Shown here piece by piece: positions 1 through 11,864 of a DNA stretch of 64,000 nucleotides. The position numbers and the translations under genes were made by a program. Below the pieces are notes generated by a model. It did no database searches, was not told where the DNA came from, and worked only from the letters and a program-made list of their open reading frames with translations. Every line of letters starts with the position of its first letter. The stretch's first letter is position 1. The stretch is from Cenococcum geophilum (taxonomy: Eukaryota): the NCBI GenBank assembly GCA_050273025.1, contig CP158635.1:5332001-5396000 (forward strand), in the 5' to 3' direction.

Positions 1-164
1 CTCTTTAAGTTTCCGATTTTGACGACCATGGTGCACTAAATCTACCCCCGATCTTGATGGACAGTATTTGGCTATATTGTATGCCATATACCGTTCTACA
101 GAGAGGACGATTGCCAGTCATCTTATATTAAGCGACTCAACTCTAAGAAATAGTCTATATAGAC

Positions 165-285
165 TGTTTTATATATGTCGATCTGAAGACCAAAAGATAA
201 AAAGAATGATGACTCTGTCTCATTGCAAGAGGCCCTAGAGCCTCACTATATACACTAGATAGGTGGCAAATTACTGACGTCGACA
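165..285. mobile_element. LTR remnant (terminus ...GTCGACA), homologous to 7290-7538
   Basis: Shares AAGAATGA..GGCCCTAG.GCCTC..TATATACAC..AGGTGGCAAA..GTCGACA with 7390-7538; ends in CA; left boundary uncertain. Confidence 0.5.
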
Positions 286-303
286 CTGACGCCGATTTGA
301 AAC

Positions 304-526
304 TGTTACCTCATAGTCTCTTGATCGATATTGGGTAATAGGTAATAGAAAGGTAATAGAAATAGTATGAAGTCATAAGGTGGTAGGCAACTAGAACAGG
401 AACAGGGTGATCATCAAACTCCGACCTGGATCGACAATATAATATGTAGTGGATCACCAGTCTCATATCCCTAAGCACAGCGATTTGATCCTATTAATCT
501 AATTAGCTAAATCCTTATCGATAACA
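304..526. mobile_element. Possible solo LTR
   Basis: Begins TGTTA and ends TAACA (5-bp terminal inverted repeat, TG...CA); flanks GAAAC/GATAG match only 3/5. Confidence 0.35.
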
Positions 527-2349
527 GATAGACGCAACTCGGTGGGTTAAGGGATAGTCCTTGCAGTCTACAGCAAGTCTACAGCACGAGGCCTTTGAAT
601 AGAGTAAATGCATCTCATGTGGCTGGCTTTTGAACCCTGGCATCAAACAGGGCGAAATTCGTTCATGTGATTGGACACAAAGATCTGAGTGATCTTTTCA
701 AGTAATCAGGGTTCCCGTTGTTTGGGGATTGCTGCACAGCCGGAGCTTTTCGTGTACGCTAGCCCCCAGACAGGGTTCACAGCGTGATAAGCCGTTTCAA
801 AAGCATCTGCATGCGAGTTGGTGGCACACGTTAATTGTATTCGTATATGCTGTTGGGGAGGCGTCCCCGCATCACAAAAACCGTGCCGCCGAGACGGTGC
901 CGAATGCTTCGCAGGGCAAATTAATCAACGAGGTTTCATATTGAATTGAATTGATTGCCAAGACTCAATCAATTCAACCAACTGAGAGTTCGCTGGCTTG
1001 GCAACTCAACCAATCTAAAGGCAGTAGGACGTTTGATATACCGATCCGATTGTATATTGGCAGGCCAGGGTAAAAGGGACTCTATATCCATGGCTCGCTC
1101 GCATGATTCTTAATTTAATAACTGTCGAACTGAATCGGACTTACTTATTACCGTCTTACTACTGTCTCAGTTACTTTAGCCTTACGGGCCTACTTCTTAC
1201 TGCTAATCGCACATAACTATAATCTAATATAATTAGAGCTTTGATGGCAGTAGGGTTATAGATAAGGAAGGCGTAATTAATATAGTAGATGGGCAGCTAA
1301 AGCGCCACAGAAGGAAGGAAAGGTATAAATGTGGCAGGAAGGTAAGTTAACACCATACCAAGACTCGCGATAATTGCTGACTCCATACTAGTTAAATTCA
1401 GTTGAAATAGTTGCGAAGATCTTAATATTAAGTCAACTAATTCATGCCATATGTACCAGTTAGACTACATAAGAGATATCATTAAATAGCTCTGATTTCA
1501 GCTTTGGTCCCTTTTCATTAATTCGATCACAATTCTGTATAGAAGCGGTATGCTATTGATATGGCCCTACACTGTAAACTTTTTACATACCGCATGTCTT
1601 CTAGTGTCCAAAGTTTTATTAATTATCTTAGATTCATTGCTTCATATCGTAGGTGTAGGTACACAAAACACGCAGTCTGACCCGAAAGAAGGTTTTGGAT
1701 CCGCGGACATCGCGTCCTGGCATGTTGTCCAAGCCCTCAATTTCTGGCCTGCGGCTCGAATTCTCTCCCGGACTGCCAGACAACGGAGTAAATATCCCCT
1801 TCCAGCCGTGGCAACTGCAGGCTTCATCCTTGAGTGACATTAAAACACTATATGAATACTTCTATATTATAGCGTCAGTTAAGCAAACTATGGGTACAAT
1901 GGTATGTATGCATGTTTTTACGAGAAAAGCCGTGGAGGCCTTTGGCATAGAGGTTCAACGGTATATTTCTATGAATTTGTATCATTCTACGAGACTCCTG
2001 TGCCCTTCGACTGCAAGCGACATCCCCTCATATCCTTCATGAGACTACCTAAGTCATTCGTGCCTTCTTGTTTCGGGGTCTTTAACGTCTACCATATTCC
2101 GGCAATGAAGGATCCGAACTTTTTGCTAGGTGTGGCTGGGCGGAACATTTCTACTATGGCGTATTGCTTAATCCAGTCCGTGCAGACAATACTCAATTGT
2201 GAATAATAAAACTATTCAATTCGCTATTATTTGAGCCCACCATCTTAAACTCCCTATCTTACTATCCAACTATTTTCAAACCGGCGGACCTATGTGCTTA
2301 ACATTACAATGGCAAGGGATACTGGATTCACCTTTACACTATGCACATG

Positions 2350-2940
2350 GGGTGCTACGAAAGCTAATTTAAGGTGCTAGACAGATGTGTAATTTTCAAC
2401 TATTAATTAAGTTTTTTAAGAGCTTTTTAAAGCTCCTTTTTAGAGCCTCAATAGTAGTATATACGTTCTTTTATATGTAAATATACAAGTATATAATAAA
2501 CAAAAAGCTAAAATAATCTACTATTTACTATCTACTCCTTATCTTAAGGTCTCCTTTATATTACCTCTAATACCATCGACCTAAGTCGGGTTTGCTTACC
2601 ACCATCTTACTACTGTCTTTAATGCCTACCAACCTATGTCTCATCACCCTGCTTATGTCTTACCACCCTGTTTCTATTGCCTACCACCCTCCTTTGCCGT
2701 CTGCGCCTACCTTATATATATAGAGCTTCTAGAGCTAGCTTGAATTGACAGAGTTCTTACCCTAAATTGCACGGTCAGCAAATACCTCTAACACTTCCAA
2801 CACCTCCAACAAAAAGAGAAGTAGATTTTTATTCTTACGTATATCTAAGTACTTTTAGTCTAATTAGGCGTAAAGGGTTAACTTTGTTTGTTAAAAAGCG
2901 GGAAAAAAGAGCTATTGTAGCACTGAATTGGAGTTAAGGT
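2350..2940. mobile_element. AT-rich RIP-degraded repeat remnant, family not identifiable
   Basis: TpA excess, CpA/TpG depletion, no ORFs. Confidence 0.4.
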
Positions 2941-3789
2941 AGCTAATCTTGTGCCCGTAGGGTTTACCCACAAGCGTGATTATCTGGGGATTAATCTGGG
3001 CCACGAGCAGACTATCGTGGCGCCCTTCGATATAGTCCGCAACCATAATGTTCCAAGTAACTGGATGAGAAGTTAATTGATATATTGGCTATATTTAATG
3101 CACCTCGTGTATCAACCACACGCGGCTGTCATATACAGTTCCTTCATTACATATTTTGGAAATTGTTCCGATATGCATAGCTTTAATATCCTACAAAGCT
3201 TATTTTTGACTCTCGGTTCACACTTTAGCTAAAAATATGTAATAGAAGATATGTAACTAATGTTCGGTTGAGATAGACCCGCCCATGATGCCCAACATAA
3301 AATACAATCGACAAAAGCTCTATGCCTTCCGAGCTCTATTGAAACATGTTGGAGTTATTACAAACATTGACACATAATGGAACTGCGCAAGCAAGTTAGA
3401 AGAATACGACTCTCTCCGTACACTAGTCGAGAATTTGGGTCGAGAGAGTGGTCTGAATATTTTCAGTATACATCTATTCCCCACTATGTTTCTTACTCGA
3501 TAGATTCGTTTAGCCTAATTTCAATGTCCTCTTGACTCTCATTTCCCGTATCGGCAATCTCGAACGGGGAGAGATTAGGATGGGATCACAAGCAGAGAAT
3601 CCAATATTCCCTATGTGCCAAAGCACAGGACCTCACTATTTAGGTTACCTGGGGCACAGAAGTCCGTCACTGAAGAAGACTATAGTTGAAGCCGACCCCT
3701 GAGGCATAGATATGGCTAATGAATGGCATATAGCATGTAATTCTACCGAGAAGGAAGTGCAGGAAACATCCTGTATAATATTCCTCCTC

Positions 3790-6700
3790 TCCCTCCATGA
3801 GGGCCTATCTGGTATCCGGTACACCCAGGTGACTCAGAAGAGGGTCTTAATAGGCGTGGTGCGCGCGACCTGGACGACGGCGACGCGCCGGCGACGCGAC
3901 GGCAACGCGACGGCGACCGGACGGCGACCAGACGGCTCAACGAGGTGGAAACACGGGCAAAGCTCTAGGCAGCGGAAACACAGGCCAGCTTCGACGGCCC
4001 CATGGCGTTCGACTTACAGTCGACTCACGGTCGACTCACGGTCGACTTACAGGCGACTCACAGGAGGGTCTTAATAGGCGTGGTGCACGCAACCTGATGC
4101 GCATATGCACAAGGCGACTCACAGAAGGGTCTCAATAGGCGTGGTGCACGCAACCTGATGCATACATATGGGGGAGGCTGCAGGGGAAACACAGGCCAGT
4201 CGGACGAGGACTCGACAGTTAGAGACACAGGCCAGCTTATAAAAAGGGGGGACACAAGCTTGGTTAGTAGGAGGGGGGAGAGTAGGTCGCCCGGTGCGGG
4301 ACCTAGTCTCTACGGCCCCCCTCCTATAAGACACGGTCGGCCTATTATAAGGAGACTCTTATAGGCAACGCGAAACGGGAACTAGTAGTATATAGGGTGT
4401 TGCGCCCCTATATTACTACTGGCTTCCTATAGGGCGTAGTACGTAGTAGCCACTACTGGCTCTAAGGACCTTATCCCTTAATTAGGCTCTGACCTTTGGT
4501 ATACCTAGTAGGCAAGCAGGATTATACCCTAGCCGGAGAAACTACTATATAGCTTAAGAGAACGGATACGCGTGTTAGTATATTAATAGACGGAACCGTT
4601 CGCCTCTAGGGCGGCTTGCCGGTGAGATATACTTAAGAAGTAAATAGGAGTTACTTAGGCGGGAGAGGTAGTGGCTCGGCCTTATCCGTAGAAGGTATAC
4701 CTAACTATATTATAGGATATAGCTACAACGCCTCCGTAGGATTACGTCAGTAGGCGCAAAAATGGGAGTTGCAACCCCTAGAAACGGTAGCTTATACCTA
4801 CGCCAGCGGAAACAATAAAGAAGGCGTAAAACTAGAGGCTATAGAAGGCTCCTAAGCTATATAAAAGCGTACTAACTCTAGGAGGAAACTCTTATATAGA
4901 CTACTGGGGGGTAGACTAGTACTTAGGTAATACCGTTATAAGATATCTAAAAGAACTAGTGAAATTCCCCGTAATTAGTGGTGGCAGCTAACTACTTATA
5001 GTTTAGGACCAAAGCACTAGAAAACTAGGGTAGAGGCCTAAATAAGTAAGTATATTAAACTTTACTATATTACTAGCTAATATATAACTACCTACTTAGA
5101 AAGGGTAATAGCGGAACGTATAGCAGATATGGTAGAGAAATACGCCCTACTACTACAAAGCTAAATAGGGGCAAGAAAGAACCGCTTAACACTATTAGCA
5201 CTTACGCTACTCGCTGCCACCATTAAATCTACATAGGCGATGCGAAAGGACTTCGTAGTATTAATACTTAGCCTAGACATTAGTGGTGCCTATAATAATA
5301 TACCCCACGAGCGTCTCCTATATATCCTTAGGGTAAAAGGCTTTTTAGAATAGATTATATAATTTATCTAAGGGTTTATAGGCTAGAAAGAAACATTATT
5401 AGTCTTTAGCGGATACTAGAGCCCCCCTATTACAGTTGCAACAGAAATACTATAAAAATTACCCCTCTCGCCTATACTCTTCCTTTTCTTTATAAGCAAC
5501 CTACTTAACTCCTTTAAGAAAGGGGCGACCTAGGGGATAGGCTTTATTAATAATATAAACCTAATTATATACGGGCTAATAGCCGCAGAGAATTGCAGAA
5601 TATTAGAGAAAGCTTATAATACTTATATAGAATAGGCAAAACATTATAGAGTTTAATTCTTACTAGAGAAATACCAGCTAATCTATTTTATAAGAAAACG
5701 TAACTAATTTATAGATCTCTAGTATATAATTTATATTTAAGGCTTTAGGGGTTAACTAGTTTAGGGCCTAAGGGTATTAGGAGTATAGGTAGATAGTAAG
5801 CTTTAGTAGAGCGTATATATGGCGTAAGCGGCCCATAAAGGCCAAGTATAGTTTATCGCTTTATCTAGGATTATTAATTCTATATAGGGTCCATACTTCT
5901 AGAGGTTACGCCTACTATATATAGTAGTTATCCGGCTAACTATAATATATAGATCTAGTATTTAGGCCATTAGAGAAACTAAAAAGGGCCCCCCTAAATT
6001 ACTCCTTAAACTACTTTAAAAGGTCTAAATAGCCTACCTCTAGAGTATTATAGGTGGGTATAAGTAAACGGCCACAGCACTGCTTAAGAAGGAATCTAAT
6101 ATTCCCCCTCTATAGTTATATATTAAAGCCACTATAATATAAAGAACGTAAAATAAACGCAACTCTAATATTATAAAGTATATTAAGACACGCCTAAGTA
6201 AACTATAGAGGGACCTTAGGGTGCCCCGTAGGAGAATAAACCAATAACCCTAAAGTAGGGAAGAAATATTAGAGAAATAGGTAAAGAAAGTAGAAGAAGA
6301 ATAGTGCCGCTTTAGGGCTTAGGCCTATATAGAGGAGAAAGGGAGACGCGTAAGAGGTTAGTAAAGATAATAATAAGATAGAAAAAGGAGCTAAAGTAAA
6401 ATATATAAGAACGCTAGGAAACTATCTACCGTAATATAATACTAGTTAGACTAACACTAAAGAGGTAAATAGGAGTTAAAGGTATAGAGGCTAACTTAGG
6501 TAAGATAAACCTAAGCTATAGCATAGTTAATGCTATAGGGGGTAAATACCTAAGAGCTCTAAGAAGGCCTAATAAAGGCAGAAAATATAATAGCAATACT
6601 CTTAAGAATAGGAATAATAGGACTAAAAGATTGGCTTTACTGGGTAGGTATCCTAGTAGGTAGCCTAAGATATAAATATAGCTAGCTAAGACAGACACTA

Positions 6701-7190
6701 AAATACGTAATACTACTATACCCCCTACGCACTAATTAAGAAATAATACTCTTAGCAGCTAGCATAGAGAACTATAATATACTGCTCTTAATATAAAAAG
6801 GCCTTAAGGCGGTTACCTAGTAGCTTATTAGTTAAAATATGCTAAATTAGTTCTAGGTTATAAGGGAAATGGTAATAAAAGGTAAGGGGGTAAGTAGTAG
6901 GTGCCCTTTAGTAACTCTATAGTAGTAGAGTAATAGTTTATAATACTAGCGCGTCCGTAGGCTTGTTACGGCAGTAGTAGTTCCTAAGGAGGTTAAACAG
7001 TAAGGTAGTAAAGCACTATAGGCGACTTGCAGGCGCTAAGTAGGCGAGTCCTAAAAGGCGGGGAGATGGATTACGGGGTTTTCTCATTTTTCTTAAATAG
7101 AGTTTTCTCCCCATATGTAAATAAGGAGTAGTCCGCGTGGGCCTAATAGGGATCTGAATCGGACGTTAAGCAATGAATTATTATTATTAT
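3790..7190 (+). mobile_element. Tad1-like LINE retrotransposon, RIP-inactivated, ORF1 not evident
   Basis: RT motifs readable through RIP damage: ARKNR(S)TLLALTLL ~5171, LSLDISGAY(DNV)PHERLL ~5267, (GVPQGS)PLSPILFLFF ~5445-5490, GF(VDD)INL ~5540; (TTA)n tail 7178-7192; 14-bp TSD TAATATTCCTCCTC at 3776-3789 and 7191-7204. Confidence 0.9.
3831..4162 (+). repeat. Three ~45-bp direct repeats in the LINE 5' region
   Basis: GACTCA(C/G)A..AGGGTCT(T/C)AATAGGCGTGGTGC(A/G)CGC(A/G)ACCTG near 3831, 4055 and 4115; also short GTCGACT(C/T)AC repeats 4008-4052. Confidence 0.85.
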
Positions 7191-7538
7191 TAATATTCCT
7201 CCTCCTATCTTTGGATCTGGGATATACTAATACAGATAAATCTTTAGTTACTGATAATATTCCTCTGATATGTGAGGGAGTATGGATTTCTTTTTGTATA
7301 TCTGGATCGGCTATAGAGTCTATCTTGGTAATTGGTTTAGACAGGCGTCTAAATTGGGAAGGTGTTAATTAGAGGTCCGTGCGTAGGTTAAGAATGAGAA
7401 GTCTATCTATTGAAGGTGGCCCTAGGGCCTCTATATATACACGAGGGTGACTGAGTCGGTGACCGAGTCAAGGGGTCGGTGACTGAGTCAAGGGGTCAGT
7501 GACCGAGTTAAGGTGGCAAAATCCGATTCAGGTCGACA
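7191..7538. mobile_element. LTR remnant interrupted by the LINE; contains 20-bp tandem repeats
   Basis: Ends GTCGACA; homologous to 165-285; (GGTGACYGAGTCAAGGGGTC)n at 7446-7513; other half probably ~3736/3758-3789. Confidence 0.55.
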
Positions 7539-7790
7539 GAAGGGCAATGGAAGGCACCACAAGAAGTATGACAATTGGGACAGGAGTTTGAAAATAAAGC
7601 CCTAGAGCCATGACTACGGCAGTGGCATGCAAAGCTGAAACCGCGAAAAGCCAACCTCCAACTCACAGGAAATATCCTCCTGACCCATTCCTAACCCCAG
7701 TATGTCTATAAGTCCCCCAAACTTCTACCAACCCTCAAGCCAGAAACGCCAAGATCCCACAGAGAAGTTTTTTTCAGTGCATCCAACTCG

Positions 7791-8909
7791 CTAATGCGAA
7801 AACATCGGCAGCCGCTTCGCCGCAAACCACGCCCAATACAGCACCTGATCATCCTGGCTCGGGAACCCGGACCAGTTCTGCGCAATAGCTCCAAGGACGA
7901 GATCGCTGTAGAGGGCGCTGAAGAAGCCGAACGCGGCCAGCAGCGCCGTGAAGAAGCCGCCGAAAGTTTGGATGTACGCGGCCTTCAGCGCCTTACGCCC
8001 GCCCGCGCTCACCTCTATGTGCCGCTTGTACCAGTACGTGCCCGTGGTCAGCGCGAGCACGGTGATGGCGACCAGGAAGCCGTAGGTCAGCGAGCGCACG
8101 TCTGAGTTGTGTCGGAAGTCAACGATGATGAGCCCAAAGAGCCCGACCATGCCGACGATGGTGCCCAGGAAGTAGAGGATCAGCCACCAGAGGGGCTCGT
8201 AGTTGAGCTGCTTTAGCTTGGCGGGGGCTTGCAGGGGGTTTTGGTCGTCTGGGTGGAAGAAGGAGAGTTGGGTTGTGTTGGTGTGCCTGTACATGCCTGG
8301 GCCCTGCTGTTGCGGGTTGGGGGAGCCAACGGGGTGATAGCCGGTTTGTTGGAGGTAGGGTGTTGTGTTTGCTAGGAGAGCGGCATTGTCCGAAGCTGGG
8401 GTATGGGCTTTAGGTGTGATGAGAGCGCGGTGAACTGCAATACAGCCCTGAGTTACGGATGTTATGAGTTTCCAGGTACCGATCAGGACGAAGTGCCAGC
8501 TTAGCCGGCATCGGTGGATGGAGATCGTCGCTACCGGGATGCAGGTTAAAAGACTGATGGCTGACAGTGCAATATCAAACTTGCTGTGATCTGTTCTATG
8601 AAAAGGCCACATGGGAGTCCTGCCTACCCCCATCCAGGCTATTGTCCAGTATGTGAAAAGGTGAGAGATCATGCCGATGGCTCCGTAAGGCAAAGCGTAG
8701 CATTGTATCTCGCCGATAGGACCACCGGTAACATTCTTGGTGGGGAACATGTTGTTGAAGTGCTCGGACATATCCGGCAACGGATTTGCGGAAGCCGATT
8801 TTGCATTAAATACCAGCAACGCAATAAATACCCCCTTCCACGATGTCAAAAAAATGTTCGAGCATGGCCGTAACCCCGCTATCCTACCTCCCGCAGCACA
8901 CATTTTCAT
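7791..8909 (-). CDS. Multi-pass membrane protein, fungal hypothetical
   Basis: 372-aa intronless ORF; N-terminal hydrophobic segment; IQCYALPYGAIGMISHLFTYW and ALYSDLVLGAIAQNWSG blocks; several TM-like segments. Confidence 0.85.
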   Translation of the reverse strand: MKMCAAGGRIAGLRPCSNIFLTSWKGVFIALLVFNAKSASANPLPDMSEHFNNMFPTKNVTGGPIGEIQCYALPYGAIGMISHLFTYWTIAWMGVGRTPMWPFHRTDHSKFDIALSAISLLTCIPVATISIHRCRLSWHFVLIGTWKLITSVTQGCIAVHRALITPKAHTPASDNAALLANTTPYLQQTGYHPVGSPNPQQQGPGMYRHTNTTQLSFFHPDDQNPLQAPAKLKQLNYEPLWWLILYFLGTIVGMVGLFGLIIVDFRHNSDVRSLTYGFLVAITVLALTTGTYWYKRHIEVSAGGRKALKAAYIQTFGGFFTALLAAFGFFSALYSDLVLGAIAQNWSGFPSQDDQVLYWAWFAAKRLPMFSH

Positions 8910-10044
8910 TTATGATGCTCTTTCAAGGATGATCAGAACTTCTTGCTACGCCAAAGTAGACGTTAGTTCGAATTTGATGAGGGCGACATATCAACGGAAA
9001 AGCTGGGTGCATACAGTGTTATTATTTTAGAAGTGACTCGAGGAAGTACTACAAGAAAGCTCGTTCAGTTTTCAGTAAGCTTAGTGAATTTAAAGATACA
9101 AAGAATGTGTTGCACGGTGCGGGGCAGGCTTCTATCCAATTATGGCAGCTCTCTGTAGGGGCTGACTATGTCAAAGTAGGTATTAATGGGAATAGAGGAT
9201 CCTCGCGCTGGAAAGAAAGAGTCGAGGAGTAAAAGAAGGACAGAATATGTGGGGAAGGAAAACTCAGGTGAGGGAGGGGTTCTGACGGTACATATTGAGA
9301 TTGAGGGACGAGGCTGAGGCTGAATATTGTACAATCGCAGGGAAGGCCGCAGCACGCAGTGAAGCGGAAAATAAAAGCCTATAAAAGGTCACGATAACCG
9401 ACTGATAAGCCTTTGGCGTGACCTACTAACCGCGTGGAATCCAGTTCGTCTTAGGTTTGCCCCGATTAGGCTATAAAAAAGCCATGTTTGCAGCCTTGTG
9501 GCCATGTAAGCCACCTGGGTTACGGGAACCACCTTGTAAAGTTGCTGAAGTCCAATTGAACCCGGCATTTGATGCGGACTCTAGGAGGTGTGGCTGATCT
9601 ATGCAGTCTCGTGCTGGACGACACTTGCATTACCCCTGGCAAAACCCCTGGCAAATGTGGTGGTGGCTAAGCCTCGGCTGTGGAATCTAGAATCTCAGCT
9701 CCTGCATGCTATTGATTCTCATGAGAATCATGAGAAACTGCTGCACTTGCGCGACCGAAGCAATTTAACCAGCACTTCTTCATCGTGCGTTGCTCTAGAT
9801 TTCGATGCGGTGAAATATGTATGAGAGGCTAGGAGGGCATATGACGATTTTTTGGTGTTTTCGGTGTTTTTTGTGTTTCTCATCCAAGACTTCGGAATAA
9901 TTAAGCAAAATAGGGAGGTCTAAAGATACCAACCATGGGCTTGCCCTGTCGATTTGTAACCTCGTGCGCCCTGTGAGCCAACACCACACATACATATTCG
10001 GTTTGATTTTAGGGGTCTTCTCTTTCTCTTACTGTACTTCTGCA

Positions 10045-10590
10045 ATGGCTTCTCGAGATTGGTATCGTAGTTTTGCGGACAAGAAATATTTAATTTCAAC
10101 CTCTCGAACCCTCCTTTCGCACGATTTCATACAGACAGCTTTTGAAGATGCAGCAATGTATTGGGCAAAGGCGATGTCCCCATCGAGCCTGCGGTTGATG
10201 CTGGACAACTCTTGCACACTTGGTCTTTATATCCAGGACAAACGGGAAGATTCTGAAAGTGGGCCAGCATTTACGCAAATCGGTATAGCTCGCATTATCA
10301 CCGACTATGTGACATTCGCATACCTTACAGATGTTTACATTCAAGCGGATTGTAGAGATCTTGGGCTGGGCAAATGGTTGATCGCATGCTGTAAGGAAAT
10401 GGTGGAAGATATGCCAGAACTGAGACGAGTTCTCTTATTGACTGGCTCGGAGCAAGCGAAACGGTTCTACAAGGAGCAATTGGGCATGAATGTTGTCGAG
10501 CAATGCGCCGACGGGCTGGTGGTCATGAGCGGACGCAAGGCGGACCTGCAAGCGGTTGGGCGCAAAGAAAAGACGTCTGATCCGGTTTAA
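10045..10590 (+). CDS. GNAT-family N-acetyltransferase
   Basis: QIGIARIITDYVTFAYLTDVYI, acetyl-CoA motif RDLGLGKWL, AKRFYKEQLG; ATG at 10045. Confidence 0.9.
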   Translation: MASRDWYRSFADKKYLISTSRTLLSHDFIQTAFEDAAMYWAKAMSPSSLRLMLDNSCTLGLYIQDKREDSESGPAFTQIGIARIITDYVTFAYLTDVYIQADCRDLGLGKWLIACCKEMVEDMPELRRVLLLTGSEQAKRFYKEQLGMNVVEQCADGLVVMSGRKADLQAVGRKEKTSDPV

Positions 10591-10960
10591 GCCGACATAA
10601 GCTAGAGTGGCTGATTTGGGCCACTCGCCGACACACGGGGGGTTCAAGGAATTATGGTCTTTCAGGTTTAGCGCGGATCACGTATATCTTAATCAAAGCC
10701 AAGGTCTTCGCCGACGGTACCACCATGATATTATATTTTAATATAAAACTACTGTCTTTCTCACCACTACAGATGCCCGACTCACTATTATCAATACGCC
10801 CTACTGAGCGAGTCTCTCGCTCAGCCTTTCGTTCAACCTCTCTTCGGCCTTTTCCACCTCACTAGACCACGTCTTGGCCACCCTTTGGAAGCCATCCTAC
10901 CCACCAATTGCCGATTCCCAGAAGACTCCCCTGGCGTGCGTGGTATATTCTTGCCGTGAG

Positions 10961-11864
10961 ATGGTTTTGAAAGAGTCCTCTCCACCTACCATTTCAGACG
11001 ATATGGGCCGAAGAGATGTGCTGGAAATGCCTGTGACTTTAAAGCGGAAACACTCGTCTTCTCTCCCTCTTACGCCTCCTCTGTCGATGGATGATCGAGA
11101 TGCCGTCCAGACCCTCGATCGAGCTGTACATGTCCTGTCTACCGAGGCGACTGCGCTTTCCCATGTGACAATGTTATACCAGACTGATTCTATGGCCAGA
11201 GACGGCCTTCTACGAGCAGTCGATTGTATAACCAAGGTCAATGAGATAGGTGGGAGGTTTATTATATGTGGGGTAGGTAAGAGTGGCTTGGTTGGGATGA
11301 AGATAGTCGCCACAATGAAGAGTTTGGGGTTAGGTAGCTCTTTCCTGCACGCCTCTGAGGCAATGCATGGCGATCTCGGGGATGTGAGCGAGGTATGCAA
11401 AGGCCGCTGGTCCCCCGATCTATAGATCCATTATTGATTTTTCTTAGCATGACGCTCTCATGTTCATTACTTACTCCGGTCGGACCCCTGAGCTACTTCA
11501 TCTCCTGCCGCACATTCCGGAAAGTGTTCCTATATTGGCCCTTACCTCTCATACAGTTGCTTCGGACTGCCTTCTCCTTGCAGAACGACCCGATGCTATC
11601 CTTTTACCTGCGCCGATCCACCAACCTGAAGAGGAGTCTTTCGGTGTATGCGCGCCTACCACATCTACAACTGTAGCGATGGCTGTTGGTGACATGCTAG
11701 CCATTACTGCAGCGGGTAGTGTGCATCAGGAGCGGGTAAGGCAGGTATTCCGGAAAAATCACCCAGGGGGTGCAATAGGCGCAAGAAAGGATGATCAGGA
11801 ATGTGAGGCGGAGAAGGAGAAGAAGCTTTTCAGGAAGAGGCACAAGAGCATCGTCGTACCGTAA
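10961..11864 (+). CDS. SIS-domain sugar-phosphate isomerase (KpsF/GutQ-like); intron 11393-11447
   Basis: ICGVGKSGLVG, HASEAMHGDLG, ITYSGRTPEL, APTTSTT, HPGGAIG motifs; GT..AG intron joins the two ORFs in frame; start could be 10961 or 11002. Confidence 0.9.

Noticed and set aside
946..977. 12-bp stem hairpin TTGAATTGATTG / CAATCAATTCAA
   Set aside because: Low-complexity, within repeat debris; no evidence of function
3831..4162. CRISPR-like repeat array
   Set aside because: Eukaryotic context, irregular spacing, no cas genes; lies inside a LINE
10961..11864. Bacterial HGT of KpsF/GutQ
   Set aside because: Has a spliceosomal intron and matches the CBS-less SIS form I recognise as common in filamentous fungi
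9964..11864. Secondary-metabolite cluster around GNAT/SIS genes
   Set aside because: No backbone enzyme (PKS/NRPS/terpene synthase) or cluster regulator in the window
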